Source of the DNA: an uncultured Aquificales bacterium
Lineage (GTDB): Bacteria > Thermosulfidibacterota > Thermosulfidibacteria > Thermosulfidibacterales > Thermosulfidibacteraceae
Direction of reading: 5' to 3'
DNA length: 14,342 bases
NCBI GenBank assembly: GCA_964453345.1
Contig: CAYVOC010000033.1
Span: forward strand, 1-14,342
The position numbers and the translations under genes were made by a program. Shown here one piece after another: positions 1 through 9,525 of this stretch; within the stretch, counting starts at the first letter, position 1; each line of letters starts with the position of its first letter. The notes below the pieces were generated by a model. The model was given only the letters and a program-made list of their open reading frames with translations, ran no database searches and was not told the origin of the DNA.

Positions 1-419
1 ACTTTTTTAAGGATTGTGCCGAGTTTTCCTCCGAACATCATGCTGAAGAGCTTCATGTTTCTTTGGGCCACGTAGGTTTTCCCGTCTCTTTTTTCAAATA
101 CCCCGATTCCGCAGGGCATGAATGCGGACATGAATTTGGTGTTGTCGTTCTTCAACACCTCTGCTCCGTAGTCGGCCTTGCAGAACTCTATAACCTTTAG
201 CGGGCCTATGTCTATGTCCTTGGCTTTTTTGAGATTTTCTCCGAAGTTGTGGATTGTGGGGATGTTCCAGCCCAGCTTTTCTGCTCTGTTTTTTATCTCC
301 TCTACGGTCCTGTCAAAGGGATAGGGGCTTTCTGAGACCTTTATCATCATCTTGGGCGCGAGGTATTTGATTAAGGCAAGGGTGCAAACCACACCAACTA
401 TGAATCCGAATAGGAACAT
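1..419 (-). CDS. DUF302 domain-containing protein with an N-terminal hydrophobic segment (3' end outside the window)
   Basis: Not in the ORF track; translated by hand from ATG at 419: MFLFGFIVGVVCTLALIKYLAPKMMIKVSESPYPFDRTVEEIKNRAEKLGWNIPTIHNFGENLKKAKDIDIGPLKVIEFCKADYGAEVLKNDNTKFMSAFMPCGIGVFEKRDGKTYVAQRNMKLFSMMFGGKLGTILKK, open to base 1. The motifs SPYPFDRTV, IEFC and MPCGIGVFE match the DUF302 pattern. SD AGGAGGT lies at 431-425, 5 nt before the ATG. Confidence 0.8.
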   Translation of the reverse strand, partial: MFLFGFIVGVVCTLALIKYLAPKMMIKVSESPYPFDRTVEEIKNRAEKLGWNIPTIHNFGENLKKAKDIDIGPLKVIEFCKADYGAEVLKNDNTKFMSAFMPCGIGVFEKRDGKTYVAQRNMKLFSMMFGGKLGTILKK

Positions 420-456
420 TCGGCACCTCCTGTGCTCTGTTGGGCTTCTGTTTTTG

Positions 457-485
457 TGAATAACCTTTCAGGGCTGGTTTTTCAA
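457..485 (-). promoter_or_regulatory. Candidate sigma70-type promoter for the DUF302 gene
   Basis: Minus strand TTGAAA (485-480), 17-nt spacer, TATTCA (462-457). The -10 element is imperfect. Confidence 0.35.
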
Positions 486-502
486 GCCTCCAGCGGGCTT
501 GG

Positions 503-532
503 TTGACACGGATGGTGACAAGGATATACATT
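503..532 (+). promoter_or_regulatory. Candidate sigma70 promoter for the ribBA...tatC operon
   Basis: Perfect -35 TTGACA at 503-508, 18-nt spacer, -10 TACATT at 527-532. It lies about 30 nt upstream of the ribBA ATG at 563, with SD GGAGG at 548-552. Confidence 0.55.
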
Positions 533-562
533 CTAAGGACTTTTGCTGGAGGGATGTGCGTC

Positions 563-1792
563 ATGGGTGAGTTCAGGTTCAACACGATAGAGGAGGCCCT
601 TGAGGATCTCCGTCAGGGGAAGATGATTATCGTTGTTGATGACGAGGACAGGGAGAACGAGGGGGATCTGGTTATTGCCGCGGAAAAGGTTACTCCAGAG
701 GCCATAAATTTTATGGCGAAATACGGGAGGGGGCTTATATGTCTGGCTCTGACTCCTGAAAGATGTGAGGAGCTGAATCTGCCCCTTATGGCCCCCGACG
801 GCAATGCCCTGCACGAGACGGCTTTTACTGTTTCTATTGATGCAAGGGAGGGGGTGACCACGGGGATCTCTGCGGCGGACAGGGCCCACACCATAAAGGT
901 GGCGATAGACCCCAAGACAAAGCCCTCTGATCTTGTAAGACCGGGGCATGTTTTTCCCCTGCGCGCCAGAAAGGGAGGGGTGCTTAAGAGAGCGGGACAT
1001 ACGGAGGCTGCTGTTGATCTTGCAAGGCTTGCCGGGCTTTACCCGGCCGGGGTTATCTGCGAGATCATGAACGACGATGGGACCATGGCCCGCGTTCCCC
1101 AGCTTATGGAGTTCGCCAAGAAATTTGGTTTGAAGATAATCACCATTGAGGATCTGATCAAATACAGGCTCAAGAGGGAGTTCCACGTTAAGAGAATCGC
1201 TGAGGCAAATCTTCCAACGCCCTACGGTGAGTTCAGGCTTATTGCCTACCACAGCGAGATTGATGAGCAGACCCATGTGGCCCTCGTGAAGGGGGATGTG
1301 TCAACGGGTGAACCTGTGCTTGTGAGGATGCACTCCCAGTGTTTGACGGGAGATGTGTTCCACTCTCTTAGGTGCGATTGTGGCGCACAGCTTCACAGAT
1401 CCATGCAGATGATAGCGGAGGAGGGTAGAGGGGTTCTGGTCTATCTTTCCCAGGAAGGCAGAGGCATAGGGCTTGCGAACAAGATCAGGGCCTATCACCT
1501 TCAGGATGAGGGATGCGATACCGTTGAGGCCAACTTGAAACTCGGTTTTCCTCCGGATCTCAGGGATTACGGAACCGGTGCTCAGATTCTTGTTGATCTG
1601 GGTGTGAAGAAGATAAGGCTTCTTACCAATAATCCGAGGAAGATCGTGGGGTTGAAGGGATACGGGCTTGAGGTGGTTGAGAGGGTTCCCATAGAGATAC
1701 CTCCCAATCCCTACAACGCAGGGTATCTTGCGTGTAAAAAGGAGAAGCTTGGACATATGCTGACTCTGGAGGGCAAGGATGAAGGTGCTTGA
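563..1792 (+). CDS. ribBA: Bifunctional 3,4-dihydroxy-2-butanone-4-phosphate synthase / GTP cyclohydrolase II
   Basis: DHBP synthase motifs [36 protein letters not shown] and GVICEI. GCHII motifs [27 protein letters not shown] and LLTNNPRK. Start moved from 503 to ATG 563 because of SD GGAGG at 548-552; 409 aa. Confidence 0.97.
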   Translation: MGEFRFNTIEEALEDLRQGKMIIVVDDEDRENEGDLVIAAEKVTPEAINFMAKYGRGLICLALTPERCEELNLPLMAPDGNALHETAFTVSIDAREGVTTGISAADRAHTIKVAIDPKTKPSDLVRPGHVFPLRARKGGVLKRAGHTEAAVDLARLAGLYPAGVICEIMNDDGTMARVPQLMEFAKKFGLKIITIEDLIKYRLKREFHVKRIAEANLPTPYGEFRLIAYHSEIDEQTHVALVKGDVSTGEPVLVRMHSQCLTGDVFHSLRCDCGAQLHRSMQMIAEEGRGVLVYLSQEGRGIGLANKIRAYHLQDEGCDTVEANLKLGFPPDLRDYGTGAQILVDLGVKKIRLLTNNPRKIVGLKGYGLEVVERVPIEIPPNPYNAGYLACKKEKLGHMLTLEGKDEGA

Positions 1793-2237
1793 GGGAAGGC
1801 TTGTTGGCAAGGGCTTAAGGTTTGCCATTGTGGTTAGCAGGTTCAACGAGTTTATAACAAGGAAGCTTCTTGATGGCGCCCTTGATGCCTTGAGGAGGCA
1901 CGAGGTGGATGAGGAGGCCATTGATATTGTGTGGGTTCCCGGTTCCTTTGAGATTCCCCTTGTGGCCAAGAAACTTGCAAAGAAGGATTACGATGCGGTT
2001 ATATGCCTCGGGGCTGTTATTAGGGGGGCCACACCCCATTTTGAGTATGTGAGCGCTGAGGTGAGCAAGGGAATTGCAAACGCCGCCCTTGAGACGGAAA
2101 AGCCCATAATATTTGGGGTGATAACTGCGGATACCATTGAGCAGGCGGTTGAAAGGGCCGGGACCAAGGCGGGCAACAAGGGGTTTGACGCCGCCATGAC
2201 TGCAATTGAGATGGCAAATCTTATGAGGAAGATTTAG
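1779..2237 (+). CDS. ribH: 6,7-dimethyl-8-ribityllumazine synthase
   Basis: Motifs [31 protein letters not shown] and [10 protein letters not shown]; 152 aa; overlaps ribBA by 14 nt. Confidence 0.98.
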   Translation: MKVLEGRLVGKGLRFAIVVSRFNEFITRKLLDGALDALRRHEVDEEAIDIVWVPGSFEIPLVAKKLAKKDYDAVICLGAVIRGATPHFEYVSAEVSKGIANAALETEKPIIFGVITADTIEQAVERAGTKAGNKGFDAAMTAIEMANLMRKI

Positions 2238-2243
2238 CCCGCC

Positions 2244-2669
2244 ATGGGGAGAAGGAAGAAGGGATATAGATCGGTCTTCAGGGAGCTTCTGCTTTCCATT
2301 CTTTATCAATGGGAGTTTCGCAAGGATTACGAGAGCATAGATGAGATCATGGATTCGTTTATGAAGAACAGGCGCAATAGATTTGTTAAGGCTTTGAAGG
2401 AGCGGGCGAGGGAGTTTGTTGAGGTGAACGACGAACTTGAGGCAATAATAAGGAATAATTCTCATTATCCCTATGAGAAGATGGAGATAATGGACAAGCT
2501 GATTTTGAAGATAGCCATCTTTGAGATGCTGTATAAGGGTTTGCCTCCGGAGATATCCATAAGTGAGGCCGTTAAGCTTAGCAGGAAGTTTTCCTCCCCC
2601 AATTCCTACAAGTTTGTTCACGGGGTTCTTGCAGAGGTGTATAAGAATGTCTGTCAGAAGACTTCCTAA
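2244..2669 (+). CDS. nusB: Transcription antitermination factor NusB
   Basis: Basic N-terminus, RELLLSILYQ, DKLILKIAIFE, ISISEAVKLSRKF and KFVHGVL match a somewhat divergent NusB. The ribH-nusB order is classic synteny. Confidence 0.88.
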   Translation: MGRRKKGYRSVFRELLLSILYQWEFRKDYESIDEIMDSFMKNRRNRFVKALKERAREFVEVNDELEAIIRNNSHYPYEKMEIMDKLILKIAIFEMLYKGLPPEISISEAVKLSRKFSSPNSYKFVHGVLAEVYKNVCQKTS

Positions 2670-3957
2670 GATAGCCATTGTTGGAAGGCCCAATGTGGGC
2701 AAGTCTTCCCTTTTCAACAGGCTTGTTGGGCGCAGAAGGGCCATTGTTTCGCCTGAGCCCGGTGTGACCGTGGACAGGATTGAGGAGGAGGTTGAGCACG
2801 AGGGGCGCAGGTTTGTGCTCATAGATACCGGCGGGATAACCGAGAGGGAAGGGACCATAGAGAGGGAGATAAGGTCTCAGGTTGAGCGTGCCATAGAGGA
2901 GGCGGATCTTCTGTGGTTCATGGTTGACGCCAAGGAAGGACTTCATCCCCTTGATGAGTTTGTGGCCGAGAGGTTGAGGCAGACTGAAAAGCCGGTCTTT
3001 TTGGTGGTGAACAAGGCTGACAATGAGGTGCTTGAGGCATCGGCGGCCGAATTCTACAGTCTCGGTATAGAGCCCATGTTTACCATCTCGGTGGCTCAGA
3101 AAAGAGGTATAGCTGATCTCATTGAGGAAAGCTTCAAGGTGTTGCCTGAGGCTGTTTGTGAGGAGGAAGGGGAGGAGCTTTGCAGAATAGCGGTTGTTGG
3201 AAGGCCCAATGTGGGCAAGTCTTCAATTATAAACTATCTTGTGGGTGAGCCGAGGACGGTGGTTAGTGAGATACCTGGGACCACCAAGGATGCGGTTGAT
3301 GTGAAGCTTGATACCCCTGAAGGATCGGTGGTTCTGATAGATACCGCGGGCTTGAGGCGCAAGAGCAGGGTCTCTTCAAAGCTTGAGGCCTACAGCATAA
3401 CCAGAACGGTGGAGAGTATCAGAAGGTGCGATGTGGCTGTTCTTGTGGTTGACGCCAGCGAGGGGATAACCGAGCAGGATAAGAAGATCGCTGGACTCAT
3501 AATGAAGGAGAAAAAGGGAGTGATTGTCGCTTTAAATAAAATAGATCTCTTTTCCGGTTCCGTTCACGCCCTCGTCAGGGATGCAAGGGAGGAGCTCTAT
3601 TTTCTGCCGGCATGTCCCTTTCTGGTCACATCCGCAGTTACGGGAAGGGGGCTTCAGAGGATTGTGCCGGAGGCCATAGACATACACAGGATCATGGGCA
3701 TGAGGGTCAACACGGCGAAGGTGAATAGGGCCATTGAGGCCATTGTTGAGCATCACCATCCGCCGGCTGTTAAGGGTAAATACATTAAGATCTTTTACGG
3801 AACCCAGGTTGAGGTGAGGCCTCCTACCTTTGTTGTCTTTTGCAACTATCCGGAGGAGCTGCCGGATCACTACAAGCGCTATTTTGAAAAGTCCCTGAGG
3901 GAGCATCTGGGCTTTGAGAAGGTTCCCGTTGAGGTTCTGTGGCGCAAGCGCGCTTAG
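2647..3957 (+). CDS. der: Ribosome biogenesis GTPase Der (EngA)
   Basis: Two tandem GTPase domains (GRPNVGKSS twice; DTGG and DTAG; NKAD and NKID) plus a C-terminal KH-like domain (YGTQ...PPTF...YKRYFEKSLRE). Start moved to ATG 2647 because of SD GAGGTG at 2634-2639; 436 aa. Confidence 0.97.
   Translation: MSVRRLPKIAIVGRPNVGKSSLFNRLVGRRRAIVSPEPGVTVDRIEEEVEHEGRRFVLIDTGGITEREGTIEREIRSQVERAIEEADLLWFMVDAKEGLHPLDEFVAERLRQTEKPVFLVVNKADNEVLEASAAEFYSLGIEPMFTISVAQKRGIADLIEESFKVLPEAVCEEEGEELCRIAVVGRPNVGKSSIINYLVGEPRTVVSEIPGTTKDAVDVKLDTPEGSVVLIDTAGLRRKSRVSSKLEAYSITRTVESIRRCDVAVLVVDASEGITEQDKKIAGLIMKEKKGVIVALNKIDLFSGSVHALVRDAREELYFLPACPFLVTSAVTGRGLQRIVPEAIDIHRIMGMRVNTAKVNRAIEAIVEHHHPPAVKGKYIKIFYGTQVEVRPPTFVVFCNYPEELPDHYKRYFEKSLREHLGFEKVPVEVLWRKRA
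2678..3224 (+). repeat. Exact 31-bp direct repeat inside der (2678-2708 and 3194-3224)
   Basis: TTGTTGGAAGGCCCAATGTGGGCAAGTCTTC occurs at both P-loop (G1) coding segments. Confidence 0.9.
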
Positions 3958-4951
3958 CGTTTTGGGCTTGCTGGTTCTGGCGGCCCTTGTTGTCTCTTTT
4001 TTCTGGATTCAAATGGTTCTAAACACCCCCCTGGACTGGGCGAAGGGCACGGTGATTGAGGTTGAGAAGGGGGATACCGCAAGGGATCTTGTGGAGAGGC
4101 TTAAGGCCAAGGGACTTGTCGGCGATGGTTTTCTTTTACTTCTCTATATGAAACTTACGGGTCTGGACAAAAGAATACGGCCCGCAAGGGTGAGGGTTGA
4201 GGCCTCGGACACCCTTGGAGATCTGATTATGCGCATTGTGAGATACAGGCGTCCCCAGGTTGAGGTTGTTGTGTGGGAGGGGATGGATCTTTTTGATGTG
4301 GCGGATCTGCTTGACAGAAGCGGAATTGTGCGCAAGGGGGAGTTTCTTTCCTACGCCATGGATGAGAGCGTGGTTGAAGGATACGGGCTCTGGGGGAGGA
4401 CCCTTGAGGGTTATCTCTTCCCGGATACTTATCTTTTCTTCAAGGATAGCACGCCCCGTGAGGTTGTGGACAAGATGATTGATAATTTTAAGAAAAAGGC
4501 TCTTCCCCTCCTTTTGAGGGCAACCCTGCTTGATCCCTATAAGACCCTTATTGTTGCGTCCCTTGTCCAGAAGGAGACCTATGTTCCTGATGAGATGCCG
4601 GTTGTTGCGGGGGTTATATACAACAGGTTGATGAAGGGGATGCTTTTGCAGATAGATCCCACGGTTATTTACGCCTACAGGTTGAAGTATGGGGATGCTG
4701 TAAGGGTTAGGTTGACGAGGGAGAAGCTCCGGATCGATTCCCCATACAACACATACAGGGTGAAGGGCTTGCCTGAAACCCCCATATGCAATCCGGGGCT
4801 TGATGCCATAAGGGCGGCTCTAAGGCCCGCTGAGACCCCCTATCTCTACTTTGTGGCTGTGGGAAACGGAACCCACCACTTTTCGAAAACTCTCAGGGAG
4901 CACCTGAGGGCGGTTAGGAGATACAGAAAAGCGCATGGAGGTGTGAGATGA
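3914..4951 (+). CDS. mltG: Endolytic murein transglycosylase MltG (YceG family)
   Basis: N-terminal TM helix, then [43 protein letters not shown]...GLP..PICNPG and YLYFVA...HHFS. The TTG start is uncertain (3914 or 3929). Confidence 0.95.
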   Translation: MRRFPLRFCGASALSVLGLLVLAALVVSFFWIQMVLNTPLDWAKGTVIEVEKGDTARDLVERLKAKGLVGDGFLLLLYMKLTGLDKRIRPARVRVEASDTLGDLIMRIVRYRRPQVEVVVWEGMDLFDVADLLDRSGIVRKGEFLSYAMDESVVEGYGLWGRTLEGYLFPDTYLFFKDSTPREVVDKMIDNFKKKALPLLLRATLLDPYKTLIVASLVQKETYVPDEMPVVAGVIYNRLMKGMLLQIDPTVIYAYRLKYGDAVRVRLTREKLRIDSPYNTYRVKGLPETPICNPGLDAIRAALRPAETPYLYFVAVGNGTHHFSKTLREHLRAVRRYRKAHGGVR

Positions 4952-6228
4952 TACCCCGCTTCTGGTATAATGCGTTGCCCGATCTGCCGAGGCCCCTTGA
5001 TCCGCCTCTGCATCCCAAAACCAGGGAGCCGCTGAAGCCGGAGGACCTCTCCCCGCTTTTTGCGAAGGCCCTTATAGAGCAGGAGATGTCCCACGAGCGC
5101 TGGATAGAGATCCCGGAAAGGGTCAGGGAGATATACTCGCTCTGGAGACCCACTCCCTTGCGCAGGGCCAGAAGGCTTGAGGAGTATCTGGGCACCCCGG
5201 CGAGGATATACTACAAGTATGAAGGGGCAAGCCCCGCCGGAAGCCACAAGCCCAATACTGCGGTGGCCCAGGCCTACTACAACGCCGTGGAGGGGATAAG
5301 GAGGCTCACGACCGAAACGGGTGCGGGGCAGTGGGGCTCCGCCCTTGCCCTTGCCACCAACATGTTCGGGCTTGAGTGCAGGGTTTACATGGTGAAGGTC
5401 AGCTACCACCAGAAGCCCTACCGCAGGACCATGATGGAGGTGTGGGGAGCAGAGGTTGTTGCAAGCCCCAGCAATCTGACCGAGGCAGGTAGAAGGGCCC
5501 TGGAGGAGAATCCGGATCATCCGGGATCCTTGGGCCTCGCCATAAGTGAGGCCGTTGAGGATGCGGTGAGCAATCCGGACACCCACTACACCCTCGGCTC
5601 CGTTCTGAATCATGTGCTTCTGCACCAGACGGTTATAGGGCTGGAGGCGAAGAGGCAGCTTGCGGATGTGGGGGAGTATCCGGACGTGGTTATAGGCTGC
5701 TGCGGTGGGGGATCGAACCTTGGCGGGATAGCCCTGCCCTTTTACGCCGATGTCGCCTGTGGGAAGAAGGTTAGGCTTGTGGCCGTTGAACCCAAGGCAT
5801 GTCCCACCCTGACCGAGGGCCTTTACACCTACGATTACGGGGACGCAGCGGGGATGACACCGCTTTTGAGGATGTATTCCTTGGGATGTGGATTTGTTCC
5901 GCCTGCAATACACGCCGGCGGGCTGAGATACCACGGGGATTCTCCCATAATAAGCCTCCTGGTGAAGGAGGGTATTATGGAGGCGGTGGCCTACTCCCAG
6001 ACGGAGGTCTTTGAGGCGGCGGTGCTGTTTGCAAGAACCGAGGGGATCATCCCTGCTCCTGAGACAGCCCATGCTGTGAAGGCGGCCATAGACGAGGCGC
6101 TGAGGGCGAAGGAGGAAAACAGGGATGGTGTTATTCTGTTCTGCTTTTCCGGGCACGGCCTTCTGGATCTGTCCGCCTATGATGCCTATCTGAGGGGCGA
6201 ACTTAAAGATGCAGATCCTGAGGACTGA
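4948..6228 (+). CDS. trpB2: Tryptophan synthase beta chain type 2 (TrpB2, PLP-dependent)
   Basis: Motifs [20 protein letters not shown] (PLP lysine), [49 protein letters not shown] and [17 protein letters not shown] at 4937-4943; ATGA overlap with the mltG stop. Confidence 0.95.
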   Translation: MIPRFWYNALPDLPRPLDPPLHPKTREPLKPEDLSPLFAKALIEQEMSHERWIEIPERVREIYSLWRPTPLRRARRLEEYLGTPARIYYKYEGASPAGSHKPNTAVAQAYYNAVEGIRRLTTETGAGQWGSALALATNMFGLECRVYMVKVSYHQKPYRRTMMEVWGAEVVASPSNLTEAGRRALEENPDHPGSLGLAISEAVEDAVSNPDTHYTLGSVLNHVLLHQTVIGLEAKRQLADVGEYPDVVIGCCGGGSNLGGIALPFYADVACGKKVRLVAVEPKACPTLTEGLYTYDYGDAAGMTPLLRMYSLGCGFVPPAIHAGGLRYHGDSPIISLLVKEGIMEAVAYSQTEVFEAAVLFARTEGIIPAPETAHAVKAAIDEALRAKEENRDGVILFCFSGHGLLDLSAYDAYLRGELKDADPED

Positions 6229-7276
6229 AAGGTTCGGGGAGGGACTCAGGGCCGAAGAGATAGTTTCCCTGATAAAGGAGCTGAACATTGATCGTGAAGT
6301 CAGGATTCTCAATGTTTGCGGTTCCCACGAGCATACCATATGCAGGTGGGGGCTGAGATCCCTTTTGCCCAAAAACATACGGCTCATTCCGGGACCAGGC
6401 TGTCCGGTGTGCGTTACATCTCAGGAGGACATATACAACGCTATTCTTCTCTCTTGTAGGGATGACACGATTGTTGCCACCTACGGGGACATGATCCGGG
6501 TCCCCACCCGTGCGGGAAGCCTGAAGAGCGCGGGGAAGAACGTTAAGATCATAACCTCGTGCCACCAGGTTTTCGATCTGTGCAGGGAGTTTCCGGACAA
6601 AAAGGTTGTCTTTTTCTCCATCGGTTTTGAGACCACGGCTGCCCCTGCCGCATCCCTCTTTTTTATGAACCCGCCTGCAAACTTTTGCTTTCTGTCTTCC
6701 CACAAGCTCACCACCGCCGCCATGAGAAGCATTATAGATACGGGGCTTGACGCCTTCATAGCGCCGGGGCATGTCTCTGCGGTTGTTGGCTATGAGGTTT
6801 GGGAGGAGTTCCCCCGAATATACGGGATCCCCGTTGTGGTTGCGGGCTTTACCCCGGAGGATGTGCTTCTTGCGGTTGCCGTTATACTTAAGCAGCTGAG
6901 GGAGGGGGAAAGCAGAGTCGAGAATGTTTACACGGGGGTTGTCAGAAGAGAAGGCAATGTGAGGGCAAAAGCCCTGATGGAGAGGGTGTTTGAGGTGGCG
7001 TCTGTGGTGTGGAGGGGGATGGGCAGGGTTCCCGATTCCGGCCTTGTATTGAGGGATGAGTTTGCCGGATACGATGTTAAGAGCTGGCATGGGTGGCAGC
7101 CCTTTGAGGACGAGGAGGAGGCCGGCTGCATCTGTGCCGATGTCATAGTGGGCAGGGCTTACCCCTCCGACTGTGCGCTGTTCGGCAGAAGGTGCACCCC
7201 CCACACCCCGGTTGGTCCCTGTATGGTTTCGGCTGAGGGGGCCTGCAACATCTGGTATAGGTTTGGCGGTTTCTGA
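6209..7276 (+). CDS. hypD: [NiFe]-hydrogenase maturation protein HypD
   Basis: Motifs CGSHEH, GPGCPVC, GFETTA and PGHVS, and the C-terminal Fe-S region C.C...P.DC..F...[15 protein letters not shown]. Confidence 0.96.
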   Translation: MQILRTERFGEGLRAEEIVSLIKELNIDREVRILNVCGSHEHTICRWGLRSLLPKNIRLIPGPGCPVCVTSQEDIYNAILLSCRDDTIVATYGDMIRVPTRAGSLKSAGKNVKIITSCHQVFDLCREFPDKKVVFFSIGFETTAAPAASLFFMNPPANFCFLSSHKLTTAAMRSIIDTGLDAFIAPGHVSAVVGYEVWEEFPRIYGIPVVVAGFTPEDVLLAVAVILKQLREGESRVENVYTGVVRREGNVRAKALMERVFEVASVVWRGMGRVPDSGLVLRDEFAGYDVKSWHGWQPFEDEEEAGCICADVIVGRAYPSDCALFGRRCTPHTPVGPCMVSAEGACNIWYRFGGF

Positions 7277-7278
7277 AG

Positions 7279-9525
7279 ATGGGGTGCAGCAGGCTGAGGA
7301 TAAGGGTGCTCGGTGCGGTTCAGGGGGTGGGCTTCAGGCCCTTTGTTTACAGAACGGCGAAGGCCTTAGGGCTTAAAGGCTGGGTGAGGAATACGCCCGA
7401 CGGGGTGGAGATAGAGGTTGAGGGAGAGGACCCCTGGCGCTTTGTTGAGGCGCTATACAGGGATAAGCCTCCGCTTGCCACATTTTACAGCGTTGATGTG
7501 GTGAATCTCCCTTGTGCGGGATATCAAGATTTTGAGATAAGGGAAAGCGCAGGACACGGGCCGCCGAAGGTTTTTGTCCTTCCGGATGTATCAACCTGCC
7601 GCTTCTGTCTTGAGGAGATGCGGGATCCTTCAAACAGAAGATACAGATATCCCTTCATAAACTGCACGGATTGCGGTCCCAGGTTCACCATAATAGAGAG
7701 GCTTCCCTACGACAGGCCCAACACCACCATGAGAAAGTTTGCCATGTGCGATGCGTGCAGGGCCGAGTATGAGGATCCTTCAAGCCGGAGGTTCCACGCA
7801 CAGCCCATATCCTGTTTTGATTGCGGGCCGAGCCTGTGGCTGGTGGAGGGAGGTGGCAGGGTGGCCGAGGGGCTTTCGGCCCTGGAGGCGGCAGCCAAGG
7901 CCGTTCTTGATGGGAAGATAGTCGCGGTGAAGGGAATCGGGGGATTTCATCTTGTCTGTCTGGCTGAGGATGCCAGCGCGGTTCAAAGACTTAGAGAGAG
8001 AAAAAAGAGATACCACAAGCCCTTTGCCGTCATGTTTCCCGATCTGGAGACGGTGGAAAAATTCTGTTGCCTTGATCCCGTTGAAAAAAGCCTTCTCTCC
8101 TCTGTGGAGGCTCCCATCGTCATTCTGAGGGGGACCGGGAACCTTCCCGATGCCGTTTCGGGCGGGCTTAAAAGAACCGGGGCCTTTCTCCCCTACTCTC
8201 CGCTGCATCATCTTTTGCTTGAGATGGTGGGAAAACCGGTTGTTGCCACAAGCGGCAACGTCAGCGATGAACCCATGGTTTACAGAAACCGGGAGGCGTT
8301 GCGGAAGCTGTCGGGCATAGCGGATCTTTTCCTGCTGCACGACAGGGACATTGCGAGAAGGTGCGATGATTCTGTCTGCTTTGGGGTTAGGGATAGGAGG
8401 GTTCTGATTCGCAGGGCAAGGGGATTTGCTCCCCTTCCTGTGGAGCTGCCGGGAAGGCTCGACAGGCCCGTTCTGGCGGTTGGGGGGCATCTCAAGGGTT
8501 GCGTTGCCCTTGGGATTGAGGACAGGGCCTTTGTCTCCCAGCACATCGGGGATCTGGAGAGTCCCGAGGCCAGAGGTTTCTTTGAAGATGTGGTGAGGGA
8601 TCTTTCGGAGCTTTTCGGCATAGAGCCGGAGATTGCCGTCGCCGATCTTCATCCGGGCTACTTCTCCACCCGCTGGGCGCTAAAGAACTTTGATGAGGTG
8701 CGCATGTGCCAGCATCATCTTGCCCATGTTCTCTCCTGCGCCTGTGAGTTTGGGCTTGAAGAGTTTATAGGCTTTGCCTTTGATGGGACGGGACACGGGG
8801 AGGATGGCACCGTCTGGGGAGGCGAGGTCTTTTACGTCTCTCCTGAAGGTTGCGAAAGATTCTGCCATCTTTATCCCTTCGCCCTTCCGGGAGGGGAAAG
8901 GGCTGTCAGGGAGGGGTGGAGATGTGCCATCTCCCTCATGCTGCTGGCCGGGGTTGAGCCTCCCTCTTCTTTTGTTGAGAGGGTGGGAGCCGATAGAATT
9001 GAGTTTATCAGGCGGATGCTTCTGAAGGGGATGAGGGTTGTGAGAACCACAAGCTGCGGCAGGCTGTTTGACGGCTTCGCCTCCATGGCCGGTGTTGCGG
9101 ATGTTTCCCACTACGAAGGACAGGCCGCCATGCTCTTTGAGGATTGTGCGGAGGATGTGGAGGGGGCATACACCTTCCCGGTTGATGGGCAAATTATGGA
9201 CTGGCGCTGTGCGGTGGAAGAGGCCGTGAGGGATGTGGGGAGGGGCGTTCCTGCAGGGATTGTATCCGCCAAGTTTCACAACGGCCTTGCGATGGCGATG
9301 CTTGAGGTTGCTGAGGCGGCGAGGGAGCGTTTTGGAACCTCGAGGGTTGTTCTTTCGGGGGGCGTTTTTCAAAATAAAAGACTGCTATCCCTTGCACTTG
9401 ACCTGTTTGAGGAAAGGGGGTTTGAGGTGTATGTTAATCAATCGGTGCCGGTGAACGATGGCGGGATATGTTTGGGACAGATATACTGGTATCTACTTTT
9501 CGGGGATGGCGGGCCATGTGCATAG
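7279..9525 (+). CDS. hypF: Carbamoyltransferase HypF
   Basis: Acylphosphatase domain (GAVQGVGFRPFVY), two zinc fingers (CRFC/CTDC and CDAC/CFDC), YrdC-like domain (KGIGGFHL, KPFAVM, TSGN) and Kae1-like domain (DLHPGY, QHHLAH, DGTGHGEDGTVWGGE, GRLFD, LSGGVFQN, NDGG). Confidence 0.97.
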   Translation: MGCSRLRIRVLGAVQGVGFRPFVYRTAKALGLKGWVRNTPDGVEIEVEGEDPWRFVEALYRDKPPLATFYSVDVVNLPCAGYQDFEIRESAGHGPPKVFVLPDVSTCRFCLEEMRDPSNRRYRYPFINCTDCGPRFTIIERLPYDRPNTTMRKFAMCDACRAEYEDPSSRRFHAQPISCFDCGPSLWLVEGGGRVAEGLSALEAAAKAVLDGKIVAVKGIGGFHLVCLAEDASAVQRLRERKKRYHKPFAVMFPDLETVEKFCCLDPVEKSLLSSVEAPIVILRGTGNLPDAVSGGLKRTGAFLPYSPLHHLLLEMVGKPVVATSGNVSDEPMVYRNREALRKLSGIADLFLLHDRDIARRCDDSVCFGVRDRRVLIRRARGFAPLPVELPGRLDRPVLAVGGHLKGCVALGIEDRAFVSQHIGDLESPEARGFFEDVVRDLSELFGIEPEIAVADLHPGYFSTRWALKNFDEVRMCQHHLAHVLSCACEFGLEEFIGFAFDGTGHGEDGTVWGGEVFYVSPEGCERFCHLYPFALPGGERAVREGWRCAISLMLLAGVEPPSSFVERVGADRIEFIRRMLLKGMRVVRTTSCGRLFDGFASMAGVADVSHYEGQAAMLFEDCAEDVEGAYTFPVDGQIMDWRCAVEEAVRDVGRGVPAGIVSAKFHNGLAMAMLEVAEAARERFGTSRVVLSGGVFQNKRLLSLALDLFEERGFEVYVNQSVPVNDGGICLGQIYWYLLFGDGGPCA

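Noticed and set aside
503-562. ORF-track N-terminal extensions for ribBA (503), der (2563), hypC (9468) and hypA (9733)
   Set aside because: SD positions and family N-termini (MCxAVP for HypC, MHE for HypA) support 563, 2647, 9516 and 9739. The TTG at 503 is part of the -35 box.
313-585. 90-aa minus-strand ORF in the track
   Set aside because: It spans the promoter region and overlaps both ribBA and the better supported DUF302 frame, and it has no recognisable motifs.
2557-5556. 17-bp match CCATAAGTGAGGCCGTT at 2557-2573 (nusB) and 5540-5556 (trpB2)
   Set aside because: Both copies encode ISEAV within conserved protein motifs using preferred codons. Two isolated copies do not make an array or an element.
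4846-6387. 513-aa minus-strand ORF, and similar long antisense ORFs at 533-1276, 1301-1969, 1815-2858, 6203-7204, 7780-8652, 8680-9372, 9438-10205 and 13377-13943
   Set aside because: They lie opposite well-conserved genes and show no recognisable motifs. They are best explained as shadow ORFs produced by codon bias.
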